Source of the DNA: Mobula birostris
Lineage: Eukaryota
Reading direction: 5' to 3'
Assembly: GCF_030028105.1 (NCBI RefSeq)
Contig: NC_092383.1
Coordinates: 86,819,921-86,883,920 of the forward strand
Length of the DNA stretch: 64,000 nucleotides
Part shown: positions 35,791-47,817 of the stretch, piece by piece
Layout of the letters: every line of letters begins with the position of its first letter
Position numbering within the stretch: the first letter of the stretch is position 1
Made by a program: the position numbers and the translations under genes
Notes under the pieces: generated by a model
What the model saw: only the letters and a program-made list of their open reading frames with translations
Databases searched by the model: none
What the model was told of the DNA's origin: nothing

Positions 35791-37875
35791 GATAATAAAT
35801 GTACTTTGAACTTCAAACATCTCAGTTGAAGTGTAAGCTGATTGGCTGTGATTCCAAAAGCTATCACACCTGTGCAGTGAAATAGAATTCTGAATTTAAC
35901 CTTTCAAAAGTGTGGTCCAGTTCAGAGAAGATGCAGCAGAGTCATAGAGTTACAGGTTTTGGAAACAGGAGCTTCAGCCCAAGTCCATAGTCTCTTCCTG
36001 AGCTTCTCCCATTTCCCTGTATTTGGTCGGTATGCTTCTCAAGCTTTCCTGTCCATGAACTTTTCCAATTGTATTTTAAATTTGTGCCCACCTCTAGCAC
36101 TTCCTCTGACAGCCTTTTCCATGTACACACTGCTCTGTGTGGAAAACACTGCCCCTCCAGGCCCTCTGACCTTCAGTCTAGACTCTCTAGTTTTCGACTC
36201 TCCTACCCTAAGATAAGGAATGCTACCATACTTTTGCCCCTCTTAATTTGTGAACCTCTATAAGGTCACCCCTCAGCTGCCCTCACTTCAGGGAAAACAG
36301 TCCCAGCCTATCCATAACCCAAACCCTCCAGTCCCAGCAGCATCTTTGTGAATGTTTTCTGTCACCCTCTTGAATTTAATCACACTCTTCCCCTGGAACT
36401 GCACAGAGTAGTCCAGATGAGATCTTATCAATGTCCTTTATAGCTGTAACATGCCATCCCAGCTGTACTTAATGCCCCATCCAATGAAGGCAAGCAGATC
36501 GTATGACTTGTTCACCACTTAGTCCACCTGTGTTGCCACTTTCAGGGACCACTGTCATTGCACATCTCGTTCTCTACAGTGTAAGTTGTGCTCTTGTTTA
36601 ATTTCCCAAAGTGCATCACTCCACACTGCCTGAGTTCAATTCCATCAGCCATTTCACTGGCCACATTCCTAGTTCAAAGTTCAAAGTAAATTTATTGTCA
36701 AAGTACCTATATCACAAACAACTAAGAGATTCATTTTCTTGCAGGTACCCACAAAACAAAGTAACACAGTAGAATTCATGACAAGACACACAGAGCAAAG
36801 ACTGACAGACAAGCAAAAGATGACAAATCGTGCAAATCATAACAATATGTAAACAAATAATACATGGAACATGAGAGGCAGAGTCTCTGAAAGTGAGTCC
36901 ACAGCTGTGGAGTCAGTTCAGTGCTGCGGCGAGTGAAGCCAATCCTGGAGCACGATGGCTTAAGGGCAACAATTGCTGGCAAACCCAGCGGTGTGGGACC
37001 CAAGACTCCTGCACCTTCCGCCTGATTGTAGAAATGAGAAGAGAGGGAGACAGGTCAAATGCAGGCAGACGGGACGGGCTCAGGTGGGGGAGTCATGCTA
37101 GCACAGAGTAACGGGGCTGAACCCTGGTTCATTTTCCAGGTCCCATTGTAAGCTTAGATCTTTCCATTGTCCACCACACTACTCTGTCATCGGCAACTTA
37201 TTAATCACGTCACCTACATTTTCATTCCAAATTATTAATGCAGATGACAAAAAACTTTAGTTGGCAAACAACAGCACTGATCTTGATGGCACCCCAGTGG
37301 TGATAAAGTCAGATGTTGTCAGTAGACCAACAACCACAAAGTGACTATTTCCACCAAGCCTCTTCAGTATCCATCCAACTAGCTTACCATGTGATCTCAC
37401 ATTACACATCAGTCTGCTATGCAGGGTCTTGTCATAAGCCTTGCTAAACTCATGTGCTAAACTCTATTGCCCTGTTCTCAACAGTTCCTTTGATCATCTC
37501 TTCACAAAAATCTCAAGACAATTTTTTTTTGAGAGATGATTTCCCACACACAAAATCAGGTTGACCATCCAAAATCAGAGCTTCCCTTTGCAAGTTCAGG
37601 TGATCTATTGTTACACAATTTACCCACCACTGACTTCAGGCTCACCTGCCTGGAATGGGACTGGATCAGTTACCCATTGACTCAGAAATGTGGAAACAGA
37701 CTGAGACATTAGTGGGCAGTGATAATGATGACTCCAATCAAATAAAAATCATGAGTTGTGAAGAGCTGTGAGCTCGTGTTGAGGGACGATGCTGTTGTCT
37801 TCCCAGACCACATGCAGTCTGTATAAGTTTGATTTTACCTGTCCATTTTCTGAAGAACTTCTCCCTCAGTTTCAG

Positions 37876-38190
37876 GTGCTTTATGGGCAGAAGATAAAGT
37901 AAGAGGAGTTGTGGGAAGAGTGATCACAATCGATTGTCACTATGCAGCAATGTACCGTTCACACACAAAGTATTTGTGCCGCATGTGGGATCGCCAATGC
38001 ACATCATTAGTGAATACAAATGGGACAAATGAGCAGTATGGAAGAATGACAATCAGAGATAACACATCCCAGGGAATATTTACTGTTACTATGGAGAATC
38101 TCGTCTCTCAAGATACAGGACTTTACAGATGTGGAATTACAACATCTGGCAATCATCCAGTGTTTGATGTGCATCTACACGTGTCTGACG
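37876..38190 (+). CDS. Unit B exon: V-type Ig domain 2
   Basis: tttcag acceptor, gtagg donor, 315 nt, phase 1-1; ALWAEDKVRG..IDC..KYLCRMWDRQC..DTGLYRCG. Confidence 0.93.
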
Positions 38191-38589
38191 GTAGGTTTCT
38201 CATTGATTGACATTATGTCTCCATTGAAATGTCTGATCCATATTTTCCATGGGAAGACCCAGGGCAGCACCAATATTCTGAGGCTCCGTTAGGCTGAGGC
38301 TCAACAGACTCCGCTCAGTCCCCCTGGAGCAGGGCAACCCAATCCCCATCTTCTCTCAGGGATCAGTCACACCCTCTCCAGCCCCACTGCCTCTATCTCC
38401 CTCTTTCTCTCTCCCTCCATACCAGTCAAGGAGCTCCGAGTCCCTACCTGTAGTGCCTGCTGACCTGCCTGACCATTCCCATGTGGAAAATGCAGAAATG
38501 GAACTACAGAAGAAGATTGAACATGGAACAGCCAGCACAGAAGTGATGATACTGAGGATGCGTTTGGCCAACATGTGCTCCACTGACCA

Positions 38590-39040
38590 TGTTCCCTGGA
38601 ATGAAAGGGTTAACATATGGATGGCACTGAGGCTTTACACACTAGAATTTAGAAGAATGAGATGGGATCTCATTGAACCTATAGTATATTGACTGGTTAG
38701 ATAGAGTAGATGTGAGAAGTATGTTTCCAGCAGTGGAGAAGTTGAGACTAGGGGAAAGCCAACAGAAGGACATTCCTTTTGAACAGACCTGTGGAGGAAT
38801 TTCTTTTGCCAGAGGATGGTGAATCTGTGGAATTTATTGACACAGAAGGCTGTGGAAGACAAGTTATTGGGTATACTCAGAGTGGCAGTTAATAGGTTCT
38901 TGATCAGTAAGTGTGTCAAAGGTTTCAGGGAGAAGGCAGCAGATTGGGGATGAGAGGGAAAATATATCAACATTATTGAATGGTGGTGCAAACTCAATAG
39001 GCCAAATGGCCTAATTCTACTCCTATGTCTTATTGTTCTA
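38590..39040 (+). mobile_element. CR1 3' fragment
   Basis: LRLYTLEFRRMRWDLIE motif and a CR1 tail ending in ctatgatt. Confidence 0.7.
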
Positions 39041-39533
39041 TGATTTTATGATGTCAGTCTAAGCTAATTCCATCTGCTTGCAAATGTCCATAATTACACC
39101 TGTGCCAAACTTTTTGTGGGTTAGTCTAAATGCATTCTAAATATTGTTGTTATACCTGTTCCGCCTTCTTGCCTGACAGAACAGTCACCACACTCATTGT
39201 AGCTAAAGAACTTGTCTCACAAATCTCCTTTAAATTGCCCACCTCTCACCTTAAAACAATATTTGCATTGATTTTTTAAAAACTCCACTGGAGACTGTCT
39301 CCTTGTTGCTGAGAGAGATTGCACCCTGACTTTCACACTGACCCATCACATTCTCAATATCATCACTGCTGTCCTGATCCTGATAATGGCAGATGTGGCG
39401 GTTCAGGCATCTGGGAGGATGCAGACACACAGATGGATTTAGAGGTGAGACACCCACCTGCAGATCCTGGCTGAGATGCAGAGCTGCTGAAATCTTTATT
39501 GATTTTCTGATGTTCACTGATTCTTTCCCACAG

Positions 39534-39845
39534 AACCGGTGTCTGTTCCTGTACTTCAATTTCTGTCTCCTGCAAATGTCTCGTGTGTTGAGGGCTCCGT
39601 GTCAGTGTCCTGTGAGTCTGTCCAGGGATCCCTTCCCATTCAATACACATGGTATGAAAACACATCGTCTGTGATCTCTGTCACCAGTAAACTGGATCTA
39701 CATTGTCAATCCTTCAACTACCAACACCATCAATATTACTGCACAGCCTCGAATACTCGTGGAGCAAAGTCTAGTGAAATAGTGAACGTGTCCATCTACA
39801 ACAGGGAAGGCAATTGCAGTTTTGTGATTCAATTCACTGGCACTG
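39534..39845 (+). CDS. Unit B exon: C2-type Ig domain b
   Basis: cccacag acceptor, g|gtaagt donor, 312 nt, phase 1-1; VSVPVL..VSCESVQGSLPIQYTWY..YYCTASN. Confidence 0.92.
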
Positions 39846-40949
39846 GTAAGTGGTGGAGGGTGCGAATCATCAGGGTGATTGATTGAGTATCATGTACCGT
39901 TTTCAAGATTCAAGATTGCTTAAAGTCATTTCTAGTGCTCAAGTGTAAGGGTCCAATACAGCACAAAAACACAATATGATATAGAACACAACAATAAATA
40001 AACAAAATAATTATAAATACATAAGATTGTTTATATGTAGTGACTGTGTATGTCCATAAAGTGACACTAGGCATAATAGTGTTTGTACCTAAGGTGGGTG
40101 ACATGAAATGATAACGTAGTGGTGGTGCGTGTTGTGGAGGGGTGGGTTAGTGGGTTGAAGTGTTAATCTGTTATGTTCTTTAGGCTGCATTCAGGCATTT
40201 CTGGACTATTCTGTCTCCGCTGTGACAATTCTTGCAGAGAATCGAATGCCATATTCAATAGCTGAGAACTGAGTCTTTCACCAGAGTACTTCCTGTCTGC
40301 AGCCAGTTCTTGCTGACGATGGTGGCTTTGTGTCTAAGCAGCTGATGTTTCTGGTTGATGACTGAGATTGTTTCATCCTTGAAAAAGAGCAAATACTCAA
40401 ACTCGCTCCTTCTGGATCTATAAATAGTTGCCAGTGGTTTGTTTCGTGGAAAATAGAGAGAATTGTAGAGACTAAAGAAACAGTGGAAACCACCTGCAGT
40501 TAGTGCAAGAACTCAGGAAGGATGGCCGCAGCAGGCTGTTTAGTCTCTGAAGTCTACTCCATTATTCAATATAATCCTGGCTGACCTATACTTGGCCGTC
40601 CCTGCTCCTCTATGCCCTTTCCCACTTCTCCATTCGCTGAACTATATCAAAAATATATACTTTCTGTTTAAATATCTCTACCACTCCACTTTCCCAATCT
40701 TCCAGGTGGAGAATTCCAAGGACTGTGAAGAAGTTCCTATGCATCTAATTTTAAATTACCCAATCCTAATCTTGCTACTATGCCTCCTCATTTGAGACAC
40801 TCTGACAATTGAAACTGGTTTGCCCACAGAGGTCAGTGGGTGGTAGTAGATAATGTATTCTGCCAGGAGATGGTGACCAGCGGTATTACACAGTTATCTC
40901 GTGACTTTTGATCTCAATTCTCTGATTAATGGAGGCTTGTTCCGTTCAG

Positions 40950-42890
40950 GAACCTCTGTCCTTTGTGATTTTTATAAGGGACTTGACTGAAGAAGTGGAA
41001 GCGTTGTTTAGCATGTTTGCATTTATACATTAAATCCACTGTGATTCAATATTGTAAAACAATAAAACCTTGAACTTCCAAGGGGGTTGAATACTTTTTA
41101 TTGGCATTATAAAAGTAAGGATGTAATGCTAAGGCTGTGTAAGGCAGTGTTGAGGCCTCACTGGGACTATTGTGAGCATTTCTAGGCCTATTATCTAAAA
41201 TGTGTTGACTTTGGAGAGGGTTCAAATGAAGTTCACAAGAATGTTTCTGAGAATGAAAGGGTTATCATATGAGCAGCAACTGAAAGCTCTGGGCCTCTAC
41301 TCACTGGAATTTAGAAGAATAAGGGGGCATCTTATTGAAACCAATCAAATGTTCAAAGGCCTAGATAGAGTGGTTGGGAAGAGCATGTTCCTTTGGTGAG
41401 GGAGTCGAGGACCAGAGGGCACATCCTCAAAAGAGAAGGATGTCCATTTAGAACAGAGATAAGGAGGAATTTCTTTAGCCGGAGGGCAGTGAAACTGGAA
41501 TTCTTTGCCATGGGCGGCTGTGGAGGTCAGGTCACTGGGTGCATTTAAGGCAGTGGTTCATAGGTTCTTTGTCATGTGCCTTGTAGCTTTCCATAGAGCG
41601 TTGACCTTCTGGGGTGTTTAAGCAGCTGTATTTGCTAATCAGTGCCTTAACTAGAGTTGATAAGCCCTTGTGTTTTCGGTTTGACTTGTCAGGTTAATTG
41701 TGGCTGGCTTATGTTTTCCTCAGTCTATGATTATTTAAGGAGGAATCTCAGTTGCTGCCTCAGGGGTGGTCATTATGTCAGAGAGGATGAATTACTTCAT
41801 GATGTTACTCATCGCTTTTCAGAGGCTTTGATTTCCGTGTCTTACCTTGCACCTCATCCTGGGGAACCTGCTGTTTCTCTACACCTGGATCCAGCCCTCA
41901 GGGTGTGCACCATGACAGAATGACTCCCACTGTATGGACCCAATGGAGGTTCTGAGCTTCTCCGGTCTGTGTTCAAGATTTTTTCCACAGCTATCTGGGT
42001 CAACAAGTTTCATAAGGTCTCCCATCTTAGGCTTTTTTCCTGAGTTCAACGCTGTGTTTCCAAGTTACATGCTGTGCATCCAAGTCAAGTGCTATGGTTC
42101 CAAGTCAAATGCTATGCCTTGAGCTCCAGTTCTGTCGTGTTTTTTCAGACCTGCCTCGAGAGCTCCAAATCTGTTCTGGATTCTCCAGCGCTGCCTCAAG
42201 CTCCAGGTCCCCCTTGTGTTTTTCAGACCTGCCTCGAGAGCTCCCTTGAGGTATGCCTTGCGTATATAAGGCATGCCTCAGGAGCACCAAATCTTTTCCA
42301 GATTCTTCAGTGCTGCGTCAAGATGCAGCACTGCCCCATGTTTTCAGACCTGCCTCGAGAGCTCCCTAGTCAGTCAGGTGCCAGCCTTAGGAGGGGAGGA
42401 ACTGAGTTGAGCCCTGCTGCGTGCTGTAGTGCATTCAGCTTCTGGTGTGTTTAAGCAGCTGTGGTACTAATCAGTGCCTTAACTAGAGTTGATAAGCCCT
42501 CGTGTTTTCGGTTTGACTTTGTCAAGTTAATTGTGACTGGCTCATAATTCCCTCAGTCTATGATTATTTAAAGAGGATAACCAGTTGGGTCCTTGGGGTG
42601 GCCATTGTGTCAGAGAGGATGAATTACCTCATGGTTTTACTCAGTCGCTCCTCCGAGACTCTGATTCCAACATCTTACCTCTTGGTTCCGTCTCATCCTG
42701 GGCATCCTGCCATTCCTCCGCACCTGGGTCCAGTCCTGCAAGAGCGCTCCATAACATTCTTGATTAGTCAGAACGTGAAAGTTTATGGGGAGCAGGAAGG
42801 AGAATGAGGTTGAGAAGGAAATGGATCAACTATGATAAAATGGCTGAGCAGACTCGATGGGCTGAAGGCCTAACTCTATGGTCTTTGTCA
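40950..42890 (+). mobile_element. CR1 3' fragment interrupted by the mini-LTR element
   Basis: ORF 41202-41399 LERVQMKFTRMFLRMKGLSYE; the CR1 sequence resumes after 42756 (ataggttctt|gattagtcag). Confidence 0.75.
41570..42756 (+). mobile_element. miniature LTR retroelement (TRIM-like, Gypsy-type ends)
   Basis: LTR-like direct repeats of about 350 bp (41570-41917 tgtcatg..catgaca; about 42403-42756 tg..ca). Polypurine tract 42389-42401; 5-bp TSD ttctt; no pol sequence. Confidence 0.8.
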
Positions 42891-45800
42891 TCTTATGGAG
42901 ATAGACAGAGTGCAGAACTGGTCTCTGAAGAGGCAGATGGAATTCTATCTGAAAAAGTGTGAAGCTATATGTTAGGTAAGATGAAATCTTAAAGCAAAGT
43001 ACAAGATTAATGGCAAGATGTTGGGGTCAAAAACCAAATATCTTTTGAAGTTGACACACAAGTTGATAGGATGGTGAAGTAGGCACCTGCTATGAGCCAC
43101 AAGGTAATGCTAGGGCTGTATGAAACTCTGGTTAGTCCACACTTGGAGTATAGTGTTTAGTACTGGTCACCTCATTATAAAAAGAATGCGGCAACTTTAG
43201 AGGTTTTAGAGGAGATTCAGCATGATGCTGCTAAATATATCAGGTATATTTAAGAGACTCTTAGATTAGCACATGGATGGTTGTGTGCTGTGTAGAAGGA
43301 AAGGTTAGATTGATCATGGAGTAGGTTTAAGGCTGTGACATCATGGGCTGAAGGGTCTGTACTGTGTTTTACTGTTCAATGTTGTATATAAAAGGGATAT
43401 AAGGGGCAGTATTTTTACACAGAGATTGGGGGGTTATCTGGAACAAATTACTGAATGAATTGGTAGAGGTGGATAACATAAAAATGACTTTAAAACATTT
43501 CTGGAAAAGAGATATGAACTTAATATTGGCAAGAGAGACGAGATGAGTTAAACAAACTCATCAGAGTGAATGAGTTGAGCTAAAGGGCCTGTTCCCATAC
43601 TGTATAACTGTCTGATGTTCAATGATGTTATTAGAACAGGAACACAAGAGATTCTGTAGATGCTGTAGACAAGATCAACGTTTACAAAATGCTGTAAGAA
43701 CTCAGCTGGTCAGGCAGCATCTATGCAAAGGAATAAACAGTCAAAGTTTCAGGCCAATACCCTTCATCAGAAAGATCTCGGCCTGAAATGTTAACTGTTT
43801 ATTCTTTACGTAGACGCTGTCTGAACTGTTGAATTCCTCCCGCATTTTACATTATACCAGGAGTTGTCTTTTCATTGAGAAAAGAAGCATTACCCTGTCG
43901 TATCAACAACTGAACTTGGTCCAATATCTCCACATACACTCAGTGCAGAGATGTATTCATCCCTCTGGTGAATGTTGCGACCCCAACAACAGATCTCCCA
44001 GAGCTGGTAGTTGTCATTTGCCTGGCTGGAACTTTCACTTCCAATTAAATAGAGTTTGTGATCCCAACGATCCAAGCCCCATAACTTCCCCAGGAACATG
44101 GGTGTTCGCATTTGCACAGGAAACAGAAATTACTCACCTCCATGTAACCAAGCAACCCTTTATTCAAGGAAAGAGTTTCCACCTGTCAACCATGTACTCT
44201 TGCTTGGCTGCATTTGCAAAGCACATGAGACTGAATTATCTTTCCTTGCCTCAACAGGAAGTGAATATTCATGTGAAACATTTACGACAGTATCAACTGT
44301 AAGGTAAACCTCTTGATCTAGTTCTGCTTAAGGGTACAATGTTCTTATTGCTGGCACTATGATTGGTCCTGTTCCCATATGAGAGATAATTAAGGGAGAA
44401 GTTACAGTTTTACTTGTACAGAATGCCTGTGAGAGTATTGTTTTCAGTTCTACAACCAGTGGTAAAACCAACACTCTCCTACATGTTTTAACCCCAAGAC
44501 TCCAAGATAAATAAATAAATCTCTCTAAATACTTTGTAATAACTTAGACTTCAAAGTTGATATTAGTTCATATTTTAGAAGTAAATAATTGTAGTGTTTA
44601 TTAATCATCCAAAGGGGAAAGCTTCAATGAACTTCATTTGCCTCATCAACACCCACAAAATACTGAAGGAATTCAACAGGCCAGGCAATATCTTCACTTG
44701 CCACATAATTGAAATTTTCCCACAACCAATGTAATAACTTTCAAGGACTCTTCAATTCATGTTCTCAATATTTATTATTTATTTATTATTTCTTTTTCAA
44801 ATTGCACAGTTTGTTGTCTTCTATACTCTGGTTGAATGCATTACTTGGGTAGTTTTTCATTAATTCTGTTCTGGTTATTAATCTATAGATATTTTAAGTG
44901 TGTCCACAATAAAAAAGAATCTCAATTGTGTATGCTGACATTTATGTCCTTTGACAATAAATCTACTTTGAACTTTAAGGCTCAGAGTTCATATCATGGT
45001 GTTGTGTAATAGGTGCTTGAAACAACCTTCCAACCAACTTTCTTATAAAATTGTATGACTGCGTACCTAACAGATTTGATCCAGTTTTAAAGCCAATATT
45101 GATTTGATTTATTTTTTTTTTACTATTTGCTGCTCTATATGGCATATATTTGATACATAGAGACTTTTCATTTCATTATTTCTGAGAGCATCTTCACTTT
45201 ACAGAATTATTTTACATGTGCTTAAGACATTTGCACAATTCTGTGCAACAAACCCTATCTTCCAGCACATGGCCCAAAGCCTTCTGTGGAGATCTGACTT
45301 AAGACCACATTCAGACACTTCACCAAACACTGACTGTGACTCTGTTTCCACCACTCTCTGGGTAAAAACAATCCATTCAAATCCCTTCTAAATCTATGTC
45401 ATCTAGTTTTATTCACCTCTGAGAATGGGGAAGTTTGCTGTCGCCTATCCAACCTGTACATCTCATAATTTTGCATCCCTCAGTCATATCCACTCTTAAC
45501 CTCATTCTCCACGGAAAGCAAGTCTAGTTTCTTATAATGTTTATTCTTAGGAAATTAGAATCATTTGCTGCACTCAAAGAGTAGCCATGCAGTGTTTTCC
45601 ATAACTACTCCTTCACTAACCTCATCCCATGGTGTGAGGATGAGTTTTGTTTGTTTGTCAAACCCTAGGATGCTTTTTCCGCTTGTAATATTCACTGATG
45701 TTTACTGACTCAAGGATTGCAGGTAGAGCAATAAGCAATAAGGTAGCAACTTGCAGAGTTGACCAATGTCTCAACAACAGTAATTGCAGGAAAAAAATGA

Positions 45801-46786
45801 TTCATTTGTAGATGACACTCAGACAATTTTTAAGACAGTGAATAGGAAACCATAGAAACCAAAGAAAAACTACAGCACAAAACAGGCCTTTTGGCCCTTC
45901 TTGGCTGTGCCGAACCATTTTCTGCCTAGTCCCACTGACCTGCACACGATTTTGAAGAGTTACACTGGATCTTTATCAGCCTGGTATTTGAGCTGAGGAA
46001 TATCAAGTGGAATTTAATTTAGATATGTGCAAATTTTTGCATTTTCAAAAGTCAAATCAAGTAAGACTTTCACGATGATTGGTCAGCCTTGAAAAGTGTT
46101 AAGTGACAGTGGGATCTTGGAATTCAGGTACATGGTTCCTTGAAAGTGTAGTCAGAGTTCAAAAGGGTAGCGAAGAAGGCATTTGGCATCAGTCAGTGTA
46201 CAGAAGTTGGGATGTGATGTTTCAGTTGTACAAGACAATTGATGAGATGACACTTGGAGTGTTGTGTTCAGTTTCGGTTCTCTGCTAAAGAAGAGAAGTG
46301 ATTGAACTGGATGAATTGTAGACAAGATTTCAAACCTGACAGTACATATATATCACCATATACATCCCTGAGATTTGTTTTCATGCAGGGATACTCAGTA
46401 ATTCCAATAACCACAATAGAATCAATGAATGACCACATTGAAAATGTTGCCATTGTCTTGTCTTGATATAATTTGCTTTTATTCCTACCTGGTTCCTACT
46501 ATCTTATCATCATAATTACATTTTATTGTGGTCATTTTCATTGCCCTGATTGATTTACCCCATTGCTTCCTCAATTTACAAAGTCTCTTAACAGGATTTT
46601 AGATCTTCTGTTGTGAGTGAGTCCTTTAGAAACCGTTGAACTCAATTTTGCTTTGCCCACTGCAGTCAGGGAATGACATTTTTTGATCACCCTCATGATT
46701 GTTTTTCTCAGTTCGATATTCAGTCATGCATCTTTCATTATCTTTCATATCTACCTACATGTTCTCTATTTCTGTCTTCCTCACAG

Positions 46787-47073
46787 AATCAGATTTAATA
46801 TCACTGACATATGTCATGAAATGTGTTGTTTTGTGGCAGTAGTACAGTGCAACACAAAGACTATAAATTACAGTAAGAAATATATATTCATAAGTAGTAC
46901 AAAAAGAAAGCAAAAATACTGAGGTAGTATTCATGGGTTGGTTTATTGTGACTTCCGGAATCTGATGGTAGAGGGGAATAATCTGTTCCTAAAATATTGA
47001 GTGTGTGTCTTCATGCTTTTCTACCTCCTTTCTGATGGTGGTAATGAAAAAAGATCATGTACTGTGTGACATG
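46787..47073 (-). mobile_element. Rex1/Babar-like 3' fragment inserted at the stalk-exon splice acceptor
   Basis: Flanked by ttcctcacag (46777-46786) and ttccttacag (47074-47083); unit A has the empty site at 10991-11003. Confidence 0.8.
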
Positions 47074-47083
47074 TTCCTTACAG

Positions 47084-47117
47084 CTGTGTCCACTTTCTCC
47101 AGTAACATTTCAGTATC
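47084..47117 (+). CDS. Unit B candidate stalk micro-exon (A)VSTFSSNISVS
   Basis: cttacag acceptor, tc|gtaaag donor. 34 nt converts phase 1 to phase 2 as the TM exon requires; the donor is absent in unit A. Confidence 0.45.
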
Positions 47118-47430
47118 GTAAAGGCACTTCTATACTTCATTATTTTTCCTAAATCCATTTTCATCTACTACTTCCTAATTCAGAGAACTCATTTGTACAT
47201 GACCAAGTCACAGTGATTGGGTCTGTTACTGACAATCACGGGTTGTTAACCCTCCCGAATCCTGCTGTTCAGTCAATACTAGTGTAGCCTTCTAGCTGAA
47301 CTCCTCTGACTCTCTTTATTTACCTCACTCCGCACCACAAATGTTACAGAGGGAACAGAAGGTTAATGTTTCAAATACAAAGCCATCTCGTTTCATCTCA
47401 TCAGTTCTGTATCTCTTCCCCTTTGCACAG

Positions 47431-47521
47431 TTTCGTGATATGGAAGGTGGGTCGTTGGCTGCTCTTCACTCTGCTGTTGATCAGCACTATTTCAGTCACA
47501 TGGTTCACAAGACAAATTAAG
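47431..47521 (+). CDS. Unit B exon: transmembrane segment
   Basis: gcacag acceptor, aag|gtaggt donor; FVIWKVGRWLLFTLLLISTISVTWFTRQIK. Confidence 0.85.
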
Positions 47522-47769
47522 GTAGGTTTATGGACATCAATGGAATTTGCTTTCAAACATACTCATCATTTGAGGAAAGACATTTAAACACATTTCATTT
47601 TCCTTATCCAATGGTCAATCCAAAGCTATCTGCAGATGATATTGTCAAGATGTTGACACACTGTATGTGTGCAGAATGCTTGATGTGAATATATTGAACT
47701 CCAGACACAACTCTAAAGCAGAGTTCCCAGTGTTGATGAATCTGATGATTTGACCTTTGCCTTTTACAG

Positions 47770-47817
47770 AGACACAATGAATCAGATCCTCACAGACTGG
47801 TCCATAAGGTAAAGTGA
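47770..47817 (+). CDS. Unit B last coding exon: tail RHNESDPHRLVHKVK*
   Basis: tttacag acceptor. gtaaagtga (VK*) is conserved in unit A, as is the downstream sequence with ATTAAA (47923-47928 / 11858-11863). A donor at 47809 is an alternative reading. Confidence 0.7.
   Translation, partial: RHNESDPHRLVHKVK

Noticed and set aside
40258-40512. 85-codon stop-free minus-strand frame (..FPRNKPLATIYRSRRSEFEYLLFF..)
   Set aside because: No start codon, no family I can recognise, and the length is within chance expectation; a TBLASTN/BLASTX search would settle it.
47296-47361. Thr-rich segment (TSLRTTNVTEGTE) as a stalk exon
   Set aside because: That frame has a TGA at 47307-47309 and ends in phase 1, incompatible with the phase-2 TM acceptor; the unit A copy has a GC rather than GT donor.
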